Positions 41,563 through 55,411 of a stretch of 64,000 nucleotides of DNA are shown piece after piece. The notes beneath the pieces are model-generated. The model was not told the origin of the DNA and searched no databases. It saw nothing but the letters and a program-made list of their open reading frames with translations. This DNA comes from Selaginella moellendorffii. Taxonomy: Eukaryota > Plantae > Lycopodiophyta. A program made the translations under genes and the position numbers. Within the stretch, counting starts at the first letter, position 1; each line of letters opens with the position of its first letter. The stretch is taken from NCBI RefSeq assembly GCF_000143415.4, contig NW_003314264.1, forward strand, positions 4,205,229 to 4,269,228, given 5' to 3'.

Positions 41563-41867
41563 TGATTCGTGTCACAAATCTCTCGGTTCTAGAGCTAGCC
41601 TACCTCAGAGCTTGGAATCCCTCTCCTGCTCGTTTGTGACTTATTAGCCCAAGAACCCTAAAAGGCCCACGAACCCTAAATATCATCCTAAAAGCCTAGA
41701 TAGCATTCCATTCCAATAAAGTACAACATTACGTCGAGAGGCCCATAACACGGGGAAAGAAGGAAGAGAGCGAGCGAGAGAGGCGAAGATATTGGACGAG
41801 AGATGAAAGAGAAACAAGGAGAGCGCGAGAATGCTGGCTGGGATCGCTCCATGCCCTCTCCATTTTT

Positions 41868-43534
41868 TCATTTACCATACGAGGATGGCCGCGGGGATCG
41901 CTGCTGGTACGTGGCTATCTGCGCCGCCCTCGCGTTGCCGTTGCCATTCCTGTGCTGGTGGTGGCTCCCGTTTTGCTGCACGAACTGCGGGTGGTATCTA
42001 AAGTTTGCGGCGGCGGAGCTCGAGTGATGGTTGTAGGACGAGCTGCCCATGTCTTTCGGGTTCTGGAGCGGCTCCAGAGCCACCACCACCTCGCTCATCA
42101 GCGGCCTGCTCTTGGGGTCCCGGCTGATGCACTGGTGCGCCAGCATCGCCGCCTTCTGCAAGCCTTTGATCGAGTAGTGCCCCTCGAGGCGGGGGTCGAT
42201 GAGCCGGAACAGCTTCCTCTTCTCGCTCAGGAACGGTCTGGCCCATTCCACCAGGTTGTGCTCGCCGCTCGGCCGGTTCTTGTCCATGGATCGTCGCCCC
42301 GTCAGGATCTCCAGCAAAACAACGCCAAAGCTATATACATCGCTCCTAGGTGTCAAGTGACCTGCAAAGCCGGAAAGGCATGAGTCGCAAGCTCTCACTC
42401 TCGCAAGATCGTCGAAACGACTGAAGAAACGAAAGAGAGCTTCACTCGAGCAAGAACGAGAAGAAAAAGTACCTGTCATTACGTATTCTGGAGCTGCATA
42501 GCCATAAGTCCCCATTACGCGCGTCGAAACGTGCGTTTTGTCACCTTCCGGACCATCCTTTGCCAAACCGAAATCCGACAGTTTGGCAGTGTATTCCTGG
42601 AGAATAAGTCGTGTAAACTAAACCGGAAAATCCTATCACAGCGGCAGCACACGTACATGGTCCAGAAGAATGTTGGATGTCTTGAAATCTCGATAAATAA
42701 CTGGCCTGGAAGCGCCCTCGTGAAGAAACGCTAGACCCTTTGCAGCCCCGAGCGCGATCTTCATCCTGGTGGCCCACGGAAGCGGCAATGCGGCACCTAC
42801 AAGAAAGAGATCACGAACTGGTTGGATGAGCACGAAAGAAAACTGACAAGCTTACGTCTAAACAGATGATTCTCGAGGCTTCCGCGAGGCATGAACTCGT
42901 AAACAAGGAGCCGCTGATCATCCTCGGCGCAGTAGCCAATCAACCGGACGAGATTCGGGTGATGGAGCTGCCCAAGAAAATTCACCTCTGCCTGCAAAAG
43001 AACATTTGTTTTTTTTTCCTGTTGGAGTTAAATATCATCCAAGTTCTTACCAGCCACTCTCTGTGTCCTTGCAACCCCTCGGGATTGAGCTGCTTCACCG
43101 CTACAACTAGTCCTGTTCCAGGCTTGACAGCTCCTGTCCCATTCTCATCTATCCATCCCTTGAAAACACTTCCAAATCCCCCTTCACCCAGCAGACTGTC
43201 GGGTCGGAAGTTCCGCGTGGCGGATCTCAGATCGGTGAAGCTAAATATTCGAAGATGAGCCCCTTGCCTGACTTCGGTGGAACCTGGATTGGAGGGGTCA
43301 CTCACTGACCCATTGGCGGACAAGGACCCCTTCTCGGATGCCTGGCTAGGCTCTGTGGCTGGCTCGACTTGACCTGCTCGAAGTCACAAAGCTTTTAAGC
43401 GAGAGAGAGGGAAAAAGGAAAAAAGGTAAAACGAAACAAACCGAGCTTGCGCTTGAATTTCGGGAAGACTCACCAGAATTCCTGGCGTTGCCGTGTGACG
43501 AAACCAAGCTAGTTCCACTCCAGCAGTTTCCCAT
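41868..43534 (-). CDS. Receptor-like cytoplasmic kinase subfamily VII (PBL/APK1-like), multi-exon
   Basis: MGNCW myristoylation/palmitoylation motif, [60 protein letters not shown]. Confidence 0.95.
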
Positions 43535-44569
43535 GAAGAACGAGCTCAAGCATGTACACATATCCCCTCTCTAGTCCATTCCCACCGCATTCACCACTGA
43601 TCGCTTCTCGGAAACCCCTCTCGCAATCGGCTGGCCGAGCTCTGCCGCCGCCGCCACTGCTGCCACACCACAAACCAAACCTAGAGCTAGAATCACAGCT
43701 GCTGGCGCGCCATAGGCGACGAAACCACTCACACTCATCGATGCCGCTGGCCGATGCCGCGCTGCCCCTAGACCCTGCCCCCGCGCATCGAAACCCTAAG
43801 CGCCAGTGCCAGTGTAGCGCCCGAGTGACGCCCCTGTGTGCGTGTGAGTGTGTGCGTGTATGAGAGAGTGTGAGAGTACACAAAGGGTAAGGGTATCTGG
43901 GCGTAAGCCTCGGTGTAAACAGACACTCCAGCCGCCCTGTCCTTAAGCGACACGAGGTCGCCGGCTCAATTCCAGCCAATCTACCGGCTAGACAAAATAG
44001 GTCTGCGTTTCGATTCTCTTCCCCGTGCGTTGGCTATGGCGAGCTCGGGCCCTCCGTATCCATGGGAGCCTCCCACGAACATCCCCATCCATGGCCCAAG
44101 CCCTAAGCGCTGGCAAGTTCTAACGGGGCGCTACATGTGTGCGGTGATGTGGTGAGTCTCTCTAGTGTGATCGATCTATGGGAAAAAAATTATTTTGCCT
44201 CCCCAGGTTTTGGATCTTCTATCGATTCAAAGAAGACGGCGATGTGCTGCTGGTAAGCTCTCTAGAGACTAGATTTTCACCTCTAGACGCTGAGATCTCT
44301 CTCTCTTTTCTCTCTCGCTCAGGGATTTCGTCACAAATGGGAACCCAGAGTAAGCGAAGCTACATTGAAACAATCTTTACATTTTCTATTCTATAGGGAG
44401 GAGGTGGTCATCACTGATCTAAACTTGGGCGGAATAAGCAGTGATCTTTCTAGTTTGTACCTTTTGATGCTCTGGAATTTTCAAAAGCTTTCCAATTGCC
44501 AGGAAGAACGAAGAACAAACATTTCGCCGAGGGTTTAATAAAAGCCACCGTGAATCTCGGGAACTTTGT

Positions 44570-46111
44570 CTAAGTATCGCCACCTACGCCCGAACTAGCT
44601 AGCCTAGCTTCCAACTCGTTGAGCTCGTCCTCGTCCAGATCATCGTCCTCAACGTCTGGAATCGCTTCGTCGTCCTCGTCAATCTCGGCTGGATCCGCAG
44701 ACGCTGACGACGATCCAGCAGCAGCAGTTACCGCGGTATCAGTTGCCTGCAATGAAAAACAAAGACTTTGAGACATCTACAAGCTCCCATAGCCGGAGTT
44801 ACCTTCGAATCCTGAGCTTTGGAGCTACTTCCGGGTTCCTCTTCGTCTCTCTCATACTCGTCGCAAGCTTCCAAATCGTCGACGAACAAGCTTGCGTCAG
44901 AGGCAAAGAGTTCTCTTCCACTGCAACAACAGAAACGAATTAGCTCTCTAAAAGTGGAAACCACACCATACCTCATTCTGTCATTCTTCGCTCGTTCAGC
45001 CCTCTTCTGTGCCAACATCGCTTCCCTTTCCTGCTCCTTTCTCTTCTTCCATTCGCTGAAGATCGTAGCATTTAGAGGGGTGGTCGTCGAAACCTTTGTT
45101 CGCTGCAACAGGGAAACAGAGCTCTTAGCACGTAAAAAGCTCATCCAAAGAGTACCTGTTCTTCGATCTCCTCTTCAATGCTTAGTTTCTCAGCTTCCTC
45201 CTCCAGCAACGCCTTCATTTGAGACTTCAGAACGTACCCTGGTGGCAACGCATGTCGGTAATGGCAGTCTTTACCACCATTGGGACACACCCAGAACCAG
45301 CCATACTGCTTCTTCTCAACGGCATCCAGGAAGTACTTGCACACCTGAAAGTTTGCAACGTTACTACAAGATCCCAGAACAAAAGCCAAAGACATACTAT
45401 CTCGGTTGGTTTGTTGTTCATGTACTCGTTCCCTTTGGATTCCACAACCTTCTCCAGCGTCTCCTGGTCCCATTCTTCCATGGTCTCTGCTCACGAGCAC
45501 GGAAAGGAATATCAGAATAGAAAAGCTCGGGCTAAGACAACTCACCATTATCACGCTGGTCACTGTAGAGGTCGATCTTCTCTCCCTTTCTCTCCACATT
45601 GAGATCATGAGAGTACTTGCACTTGAATCCCTTGGCGCACTGTCCCCTCCTGAAAAACTCGCAAACGACTGACTTTGGATCGACACCTGAAATCGAGTAC
45701 AGCTGCTACTGGTTTTAACGTATAATAGCGTGGGGAAAAAAGCTTCTTGCAGACACTCACCAACTGGAACTTTCGGCTGGCTGATGGCAACCTTGAAGAG
45801 CTCATTCAGCTCCTTCTCCCGCTGAGTTTCCTCTTCCTTCTTTTTCTGCGAATTTCCCAAAACAAATCCCCGGTGAGAGAGGGAAACCCACGTTCCAACA
45901 AAATCCAGACCTTCTGAGCAGCTTTGGGATCCTCCTCGCGCTTGACACGAGACTGCACGGATTGCTGGAGGCTCGCCACATACTTCTGGACATTCTTACT
46001 CTTGTTCTTGTTCTTGAGCCCAAATGTCTTGTCCTCCACGAGCTTCTGCTTCTTCGCCAAATCGGCCTTCTGCTTCTCCTTGGACCCCTTGTCGGCGGCT
46101 TTCGGAGGCAT
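44570..46111 (-). CDS. CCCH zinc finger protein C3H11 / ZC3H15 (DFRP1/Tma46-like), multi-exon
   Basis: [70 protein letters not shown]. Confidence 0.9.
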
Positions 46112-46266
46112 TTCTTCGCGGAGATGAATCTACCAATCGATCGAGCCGCCCTGCCCTTGCGCCGATCAGCGCCTCCACTTCCCAAGCCCTAACCCTCATC
46201 AAAGAGAGCAAAAGCCCTAAACAAAAATGCGCTTGCTTTCTCAAAGAGGAAAAAAGAGGTTTTTTA

Positions 46267-46602
46267 TCACTTCTTCTTCTTGCTATGGCGATTTCTCCGT
46301 CGGAGCTTCTTGTGCTTGTGCTTGTTCATCTTCTTTCTCCTCTTCTTCTTCACGCTGCTCGCCTCGATCTCAATCTCGTCGCCATCGTGACCGGGCAGCC
46401 AAATTCCCTCTCCGGTCAGCGAATCCACATGAATGTAGCTCGATCCCTTGTTGATCTCCACCTTATCGAGGCAGTTCCTCTCAAATCTCCCATCTTCCCC
46501 GATCCAAGCGCCGGTTCTCGGTAGCAAATCACTCGGCGCAGCTACAAACCTCTTGACAGCCCACGCCGCGATCGCGCGCCTCGAGCACAAGCTTCTCAGC
46601 AT
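46267..46602 (-). CDS. Mitochondrial small ribosomal protein mS38 (COX24/AURKAIP1, DUF1713)
   Basis: Presequence-like N-terminus MLRSLCSRRAIAAW; C-terminus SSVKKKRRKKMNKHKHKKLRRR. Confidence 0.82.
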   Translation of the reverse strand: MLRSLCSRRAIAAWAVKRFVAAPSDLLPRTGAWIGEDGRFERNCLDKVEINKGSSYIHVDSLTGEGIWLPGHDGDEIEIEASSVKKKRRKKMNKHKHKKLRRRNRHSKKKK

Positions 46603-46709
46603 CACAAAGCCCTAAACCCGCGTAGCCAAGAGCCCTAGAAAACAGAGTGTATTATTCACATGAATATGCTGCCATTTTAAATTCAAACTCTCTGTGTGTA
46701 ACACTGTCG

Positions 46710-49700
46710 CTATAAATCCAAGCACTCCTCGTAGAGCTCGTTGAGAAGCTCGGCCTCCACCTCCACGCCTATCGCCTCCACGAAATTTTGGAGCTCCATC
46801 CATCGATCACCCTTCATCAAATACTTCTCGATCAGATTCTCCACCGTGTGCTGTAAATCTTCACCCTGGGGATACACGACGTAATCCGAGAGCGTCGACC
46901 ACACCTCGGCCACCAGGAGTCCTCCGCCAGGAACAGTCCGGACAGTCGAAAGCCACGGATCACACACGAACTTGTGTGTCAAGATCTCGTCCACCATGTC
47001 GAAGAGATGCCGCCGTTTCATGCTCGAGATCTTCGTCGTCTCTGCTGTGGAGACGTCCTCGGCTTGGGCCCTGTAGAATCCTTCCAGCTGCTGGAACAGC
47101 ATCGGGTCCAGAGCATGCGCCTGAGAGTGCTGCTCCACCAAAAAGCTGTCGCTGCCACTGTTCTTGATCAAGCCTGACGCGAGAAGGATGTTCTTCACGT
47201 AGACCTTCTGGCCGTCCTCCTCCTTGCACTTTTCCAGCTCCAGCCATTGGAGGTGGCCAGTGTCGTTCGAGCTTACACTTGTCTCGAGCTCGGGGTGTTG
47301 TTTCTCTTCCACAACAACCTTGTCCACAACCACGTCCGAAATCTCAAGATCTTCTTGATCGTTGTCATCCCACTTCAAGCGACGGAGATGAATTCGCAGC
47401 TCTGCCAGAAACAAAGTCTCTGTTTGCGTTCAAGCAGAAAAGGAGAACTCACCTTCCAGTTCCGAGCTGATCGTATCGAAGTCAACATGACCAGGACTCT
47501 CCTCAAAAGAGGACTCCAAAACGGATATTGGACTTGGTTGTCCACTGTTGTCGCTGCTTATGGATGCCTCATCAACGTCCACAGCTTCGACGACGTCTGT
47601 CGTCGGGCTGGCTTTAACGAGCTCCTCCTCTTCTTGCGAAACCTGCAGCAACTGGCCTTGCCATCAATCCGAGAAAGAAAAAAAAAAGACAAGAAATAGT
47701 ATGTTGACTAACCTCCTCTTTGTGACGCCAGCTTGAAACTTCCGAAGACAAATGTGAAGTTTCAGTAACCGACTGCTTGCTATAATCAGTTTCTTCTTCG
47801 CACGGACTGGCAGAAACTGTGGGAACGCTGTCATTTGACGAAACAAACGCCGAAGGCGATCTCGAAATATCTGTCTCTGGCTGGGATACTGCTTCCGAAA
47901 CACCGATGTCTGCTGTATACTCGGACTCTAACGTGTCCCTTGAATCGCTACACTCAAGAGAAGCCTCGTTTTCCCCCTGTGACTCGAATCCAGAAGATTT
48001 CAGAAGAAAACTTCCCCCATATCCCAGCAAGTCACTACCGGGAACTGCCTCACTATCCAAACTATAATCCCCTACCTTAGCACCCGCATCGTCTTGTACA
48101 GTATTTGTAAAATCCCTGTTAGTGAGATCTACGTTGTTTTTCCTAGCTTCAGAAGGCTGGCTTCTAGCTTTCCGGAAAGAATCGCCAAGCTTGTGAGATG
48201 TCTCGGGCAATACTTGTTGATTCTTTCGAATTCTATCCTTCCTTACCATCTGTTTGCTTATGCCACTTGAAGACACTATCTCCCTGTTCTGTGCTTCCGA
48301 GACTTTACTTATCCGGCTGCTAACGGACTGGTCAGGCACCAAGACAACGATGCCCTTCGACACAGGTCGTGGCATTGGCGGAGAACTCCCAGAAGCTTGC
48401 TGCCTCGGACGACTTGGTTTTTTCTGTACTGAAGAAAGCGAAGCCTTGAAGCCTGTATCCTCCACAGCCTCAACTTGAGGCTTTGGTCTCCTACTAGTTC
48501 TCCCAGTAGGCGTTGTTACCCCGTCACCCTTCAAGAATTCACTTCCACCGCCGAGTCTTGGACCGTCCGAGTTATCAAGTGTCACGTTTAGTCTCTTGCC
48601 AGCACCCTGTTCTTGTAGAGCATTCCTCGCCAAGTCTCGCACCACGCTTTCCCGGACTTGACGAGCGATTTCCTTGGCAATCTCCCTGGGATTGGCAGCG
48701 CCTTCATTCCTGGAAGTATCCGCAATCCTCCTCATATCATCGCAAGCCTCTGTTACCCTCCTAGAAGGAATAGTTTCGTCCCGGACGCTGTTTGCATATG
48801 GTCCTGGAGAAAAACTGGCCGAGGTAGGACTCGCGTTTCGGTTCGGACTCGGCTTGAGAACAACTATCCTCGTCGGGGCTTGGTTGTCAGGGACCAAATT
48901 CTTTATGATGTCTTCGCCAGCTCCAACCAAGTTGGAATGCCTGGAGAAATTCTTGAGTGCATCTTCTCTTCTACCCTCGATAACTTTCCTGACAATGGGA
49001 TTCCTGAGCCCCTCCGGTACTGGCCTGTCAATAGCAACGTTTCTGTGTGCGACTCCGGGAGTTTTTTCGATATGTTTACCAAGAACCGAGTCCTGATCCT
49101 CAACGTACTTCAGGAAAGCATCTCTGTTGGTCTGGAAGAAGTCGATCGCGTCTAAAAACTCCTTGGATTGATTCAGCTGCTGATTTGCTGCAAGCCACCT
49201 TTTGTCTGAGAGTTTCTCCCCAGTTAGCAAACGCGTCGCTTCGTTCAACTTCTCCCGCACAAGCATCTGTTTGAGAGCTAGCTGCCGCTTCATCTCCTCT
49301 ATCTCAAACACATCTGGTAACTCTCTTGCTGCCCCTCGCTTTTTGTTGTCCGAACCCCGAGGACGATTAAGCTTTGCCTTGTCTTCCACATAGTAAGATT
49401 CCTGGACCGGCAGTACCACTGTAGCTGCTGGAGGAGCCTGCTTAAACTCGTTTTGCCTTCTCGACTGTTTCTCCACTGCCTGCTTTGGAGTCACTTGGTC
49501 TCCCCCTTTCTTCTTGGCCTGCTTCGCCGGGACTGATTCGTTTGGGAGAGTATCCAAACCCATGAGCCGAGCGACCACGTTTGGGGGCCGAAAGTCCATA
49601 TCCCTGCCGCTGTGAGCCTTGAGTACATACTCGCTTCCCCCATGCACGAAGTTCATCTTCTTGTCAGGCGTCCTAGAGTTGGTCCGAGTTGTCTGCAAAC

Positions 49701-49958
49701 ACAACAACTTAGCCACAACCAAAAAATCAGAACTTCTTTCACCACGCTACTACTTACTTCCCCCTCCTCGCGCTTGGCTCTCGACTTCGGCGAATCTCTT
49801 CCCTTGTAGAGCTTGTCCATTTGGTAATCTGAAAGAAACACAAAAAGAAATCACAGTTTTTGCTACCAACACGAGTCGATCTACTTACCGAGAGCGATCC
49901 TCCTGTCATCGGGTAGCCTCTTTCCCGAGAGAGTTTCATTGAAGTCGAAGAGATGCAT
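46710..49958 (-). CDS. TON1-recruiting motif (TRM/LONGIFOLIA-like) protein, multi-exon
   Basis: PNVVARLMGLDTLP, SKEFLDAIDFF, TRIVVLKP, QPSPISVLE, C-terminal DUF4378-like HLFDMVDEIL..IGVEVEAELLNEL. Confidence 0.88.
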
Positions 49959-51449
49959 TCCACTAGCTGGGCCACCTCTGTCCGCGTACCTTCTCTCTCG
50001 AGCCATGAACAGAACCCGCAGCTACTAAATGGCTAGCCAAGCCTCTGCTAAAGCAGCTCCTGCGAAGGGCCTTGAGCTGAGAGTTGTGGATCCAGCATTT
50101 CTTTCCGTAGCACCCATCACGCAAAGACAAGGCGCCTTCACTCCAAAGCAACAATTCCACAGTGATCTCATGTGCGTTTCGTTTTGATCCCGAGGCTCAA
50201 AATTTTTCCCCTTCCCAGCACGATCACCACAGCCTGCATTTTCCCAGCTAGATATCGCAGATCCAAGCGCTGCCGAAACGCATCGCTAGCTCCTGAGAAG
50301 CCCTAAAATCGGAGCTCCAAAACCTGGATGCAAATCCCGTAATAATGTATCGAATCCAAATCCTGGAACCGCTGATCCCAGGAACCCTAGTCCGCCGCGT
50401 GACGAGAGGAGAGGGGTAATGCCAAAAAAACGCAATGTGGCAGCGAGAAACTAGCCTAGGCCTCCATAGCCGGCACCAGAAACAGCCACAGTTGTTCTAA
50501 ACAGGGCGCCGAATACGGTCACGCCACGTGTCCGCATCGCGCCTTCGCATCTCGACCGTCCGGGACCATATAGTTAACATGTCATTGTTTGCGCAAATCT
50601 AAGAATCACGACCACAACAATAGTTAAATGTCCTTGCTTAAATTACAGCATTGCCATTGTTGCTATTGCCTCTCCAACCTTATGTGCGATTCGTACACGA
50701 AGAGCCTTGGTACGGACTGGCACTGGTGGGTGAATTTAAAGACTTCCATGTTCCAGGCGGTCCCATTTTTGGTCACACCTTTCCTTTTGTGATTGTAGAT
50801 GTTATGTCCTTGTCAAGAAATTTATGCCCATTACACTCTTCTACCGCCATTTTAGATGTTTCCATTCCTTGGAATGCCTTACGATCTTCCAATTAGCTCA
50901 AAACACTTGCGGTGGTCTCGAGCTCAATTTCCAAAGCGACCAGCTTTTCTGTTTCTCTGCTGTACTGCTGTTGTGCCCAGAGAGAGGTGTATGATCGCTC
51001 AAGCTCAAGCATGCGTTCGGGCTCTCGTTTCTTGGCACCTCACAGCATTGCTATTATTTCTCTGCACGTTCCAGCAGAGATCCGCCAAGCAAAACTTTGG
51101 GTGTTTTCCTGTTTATTAAGTGCTATAAGATTGTTAAGGTGGTTGAGTCTATATTTGGGAAAAATGTTTTAAATATCTTCAAAAATGTAGAATATATTCA
51201 GGTATATGCTTTAGGAACCAAAAAACAAAACTCTAAACTCTAAAATTTTTATACCTACACAAACCATGTTAGCAAATAAATTACATCTCTGGATGGCTTG
51301 CAATGTTGGCACTGGCAAATGCTGGCTGGGAGAGTGATGTGTTCTAGCATCTCCTTTTGCAGTTCCTCTCCTTAGATTGCAGCATTGAGTTCTAAAACTT
51401 TAATGTCCTCAAACTCACTCTTTAGAAGGCTGCCCGCCACCACATTGTA

Positions 51450-51965
51450 CTAGAGGCCCCAAAGAGACTCATGAGAGTGTTTCCAATCCCGGACGTCCAG
51501 CCCAGTGGAAGCAATCCAGAAACAAAATCTTCTCAAGCCAAGAAGTAGGAGCAGTAGGAATGGAGTGGGCATTCCCCTCAAGGAGCTGAGAAAGGCTGTG
51601 AAGAATATAGCTTACGGTTTGACGACCTCAAGGATCATCAAAAGCAGTGATTCTGGCTCCCATCACTGTGCCAGAATTAAGCTTCGATCATGGTGGCCTA
51701 GTCTTTACTGCTCATGCCATCAAACATGAACTCTGCCCTGATCAGGATCCCACAGTTGGCATACATCACCATCAATGAAGTCTCCATAACCAAGTCCCAA
51801 CTAAGTTCAAAGAAGATGGAAGGACCCTGGCATGGCTGGCAAGGATCCATCAATAGCATGGCCTTAATCTAGAGTTTGGATCTTAAAATGCTGCAAGAGA
51901 AGGTTGGAGAGCCAAATAAAGTTGTTGGTTAAGGCTTCCAAGTTCATCTGGTGGAAGGTCCTAAT
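51450..51965 (-). pseudogene. Decayed PLS-class PPR pseudogene
   Basis: Minus strand reads FHQMNLE.. and DLVMETSLMVMYANCGILIRAEFMFDGMSSKD*ATMIEA, with stops; CpG-depleted. Confidence 0.7.
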
Positions 51966-52561
51966 TGCTGGGAGATTACATGGTTTTTCCAGCATTTATC
52001 CCACCCTCGCAATTCTTGGTTGCTGGGGTAAATGCTGGAAAAAACACCATATAATCTCCCCTATGAACGAAAATGACATATATATGTCATATATGTGCCA
52101 GTGCATATGATATGGACAATGCAATATTTGAGATAATATTGGCAACTACCATTCAGTAGATTGGAGCTTGAGCCTGTTGCCCCTGGAAGATTTCATGTTA
52201 AATAGCACTCCTTGGGTATTACCTTCCATTATCAGCCCCTCCATGAAGGGCTGTCCTTCACATAATTATTTTATTTAGACAACTTACATTAAGGTTTTTT
52301 CTTTTAATATTGACAAAGAAAGATTCTTGATTGATCTTAATTTTCACAAGAAAATTTAAACGATTATTTTGAAATGGCTTATGAAAACAGAATGGTTTTT
52401 GGGAATTTCCATTTCTTAAGTCCATATTAAAGTCCTATCAAATAATCTAGATCAAATTAGTAACCTGTATATTATGTAAATAAATTTTAATTGAATAAAT
52501 AAAATATGTAATTTGATGTAATTTAATTTTTTAATTGTAAAATAAATATTTAAATTTATAC

Positions 52562-55411
52562 TGTGAGTGCTTGGAATATGAAAAGGGAATACAGAAAATG
52601 TACATATTAATTAGCCCAAAAAACTTAGCTTATATACAAGAGCAAGTGGTCCGGATTGAAACTAATCTGATGGTTACCAAAATCCCACTATGCTAATATT
52701 AGTATACGGCATCATAATTGTACACTTGGACTTCACATCATTCTTTCTTCTTGAAATAATGGAAGACCATTAGAATTCTCTTATAAATGGGTTGGGATCT
52801 AGAGGAACATTAAAAGAAGGCATTAATGGATCTATAAGTGGTATTAGTTGTTCCTGATCTTTTTGTATGAAGTGTTTCAATTGCTGCACATGCACAATTT
52901 ATAGAAGATCAGCTTGTTGAATGTTATGCTAAACCTCATAAACTTACAATTCAACTTGCCGCAACACCTGATACGGTCCTTTGCATTGAACAAGGAGCCC
53001 CTTAGATAAACCATGTACCGTAAGATGGGGAAAATGGACTAACATGTAAGTGGAAGATGATGGGAGTTATAACACTATTGTTGTCCCACTTGTATGCAAC
53101 CTAAGTGTTCGGTAGACTTTACTCGGATAAGAAGAAGAATGCTCGTCAAATACTAATCCCACGACTTAGCATCGGTAGCTAGTGGCAATTGCGAAGGTAA
53201 ACCTAGCTCCGTTGGTAATATTGGATCATAACCATATAAAAGTTTATATAATGAAGCACCAATAGAACTCTACATCCTTGTGACATATGCATATTGAAAA
53301 AATAGCAAATAACCATCTCAATTCGAATGTTGAAAGTTCACGTACTTTGTGATCATTCCTTTAAATGTCTGAACGAGCTGTTCCACTAAACTGTCTGATT
53401 GTGAATGATAAGCAATTGTGAAAGTGTAGTGTATTCCCAATCGAGTTGTCAAAACACAAAATGCCTTAGCCATAAATGCAGGACTATTATCCGAAAGAAT
53501 CCACTCCAGACAAAAATGTTGGAACACCACTCGATTGAGGAGGAAGTATTCAACAATAGTTACAGAAGCACTAGCAAGAGCATTAACTTCCACCTAACGA
53601 GTCAATAGTTAGAAACAATGATAACATATTCATTGCCAATAGTCGATCGTGGAAAAGGTCCTATAAGATCAAATGCCACCAACTCAAATGGACGAGAAAT
53701 TATAATTGACTCCAACCATCCTTCCATGGCACGAGAGGGAGTATTACAATGTTGGCACCAAACACAATTACACATATACTGAATAACATCACATTGCATT
53801 TTCGACCAATAGAAAAACTTGTACAGCTTCTTGGTCATATAACACAAGTGTAGATGGCAACGTGTGGCAATAGGTCAAGCAATAAAAGATAAACTCAAAC
53901 CTATATCAACTAATACAGAGAGAATAATAGGAGACCTTTTGTTATAAAAACAAGCTTGGAAAGTAAATACTGAATGAACCGGTGCCAAGTGAACCTCTTG
54001 ATGATACTTTCAAAAGAAAGATGAAAGAGTCATTGATTTATTCGTGCAAGGTCCCTTCGTTACTTGTGCGATTCCTCATTTCTTGGATGCATCTTGGTAT
54101 CCAGACCTTCCATTGCAGTAACACCAATAGGACGTTGTTAATGCCAAGGTCTCCATTCAGGAAATGGAGGTTGCCAATCCAAAAAATGCTGACAACGCCG
54201 ATAAATGTGACCAACTTTATCACATGCCTAATAGTGAACATCACGGCCATGACCATGACCTCACCCTTATCTTTGGACTTGAGCAACAGTAGCGTCAACC
54301 TCCATTGGAACAGAATCATCACCCACAGAAAGTGGAACGGAAGGATATGTAGCAAGAAGTGGAAGAGACGATGTTTCATAATGTTGTTCCAAGTGAAGAG
54401 CATCGTCAAGAGTGGCTGGAGCAAGTGCATGCACAAGTCCGACAAGATCTTGACGAAGTGCTAGCAATAACATTCTTAGTTTGATTTGCTCCAACATATT
54501 TAGCTCCACACGAAGCAAGAGGTTTCAGAAACGAATGCTAAATTGCATTACCGACTGAGATTGCCTTTGACGAAGACGATGCAATTGCTAGAAGGCATCA
54601 TCACAATTGTCAGCATGTTCAAATGTGCGTTTGAAGATGTCTAGGAGAACACTCCAATCCCCATGAGTGGCTGCACTCAAACCATTGTACCACTACAGTA
54701 CTATCCTTTGGAGACACGTGAGAAACTCACACAAATATTAAGTATCATCCCTAAGAATGATATGTGGCAATCACTATGAAGTGATCGAATCAATATTACA
54801 CATCATCCTTAGGATTCCCACAAAAGAACTTTGGCCTAATGCAAGGATTGGCACCAAGAGCAAGAAGAGTTGTACAATGTGCCGTGAATGCTGCCATCAA
54901 CTAAATTTGGTTGTTCAATTACAACCGTATAGCATCAAGCAATTGCACCAATTGTTACTCCAGAATCAGAGGAGGAAACTACTACTTTGCTATAGAGATG
55001 AATGAAAAGGAAAGAATAAAAAAAGGGAAATGAGAAAAAACTAAAAGGAAAGGGAGATCTACACAATAGAAAAGCTAGATCTAAACCAAAATCCTAAAAT
55101 GAAATAACAAAAGAAAGGAAATGGAAAAAACTAGATTTAGACGATTTAGACGATTTAGACAAAAGCTAGATCTAAACTAAAATCCCAAATTCAAGCACTC
55201 CTCAAGGACAATAAAAAGTGCCTCTCATCTCCACTAATGTGAATGCTTGGAATATGAAAAAGGAATACAGAAAATATGCATATTAATTAGCTCAAAAACC
55301 TTAGTTTATATACAAAAGCAAGTGTTCCGGATTGAAACCAATCGAACAGTTACCAAAATCCCACTACGTTAATATTAGTATACAGTCGTAGCCATATACT
55401 TTGACCTCACA
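52562..55411 (-). mobile_element. Internally deleted, non-autonomous Ty3/gypsy LTR retrotransposon with both LTRs
   Basis: LTRs 52562-52737 and 55238-55411 (TGTGA...TCACA). 4-bp TSD ATAC. PBS-like TAGTGGAGATG (55226-55236, tRNA-Ala type). Purine tract next to the 3' LTR. Gag remnant (VPMEVD) and integrase remnants (CVWCQ, PFELVAFDLIGPFPRS, ILSDN, YHSQSD). No RT/RNase H recognisable. Confidence 0.9.
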
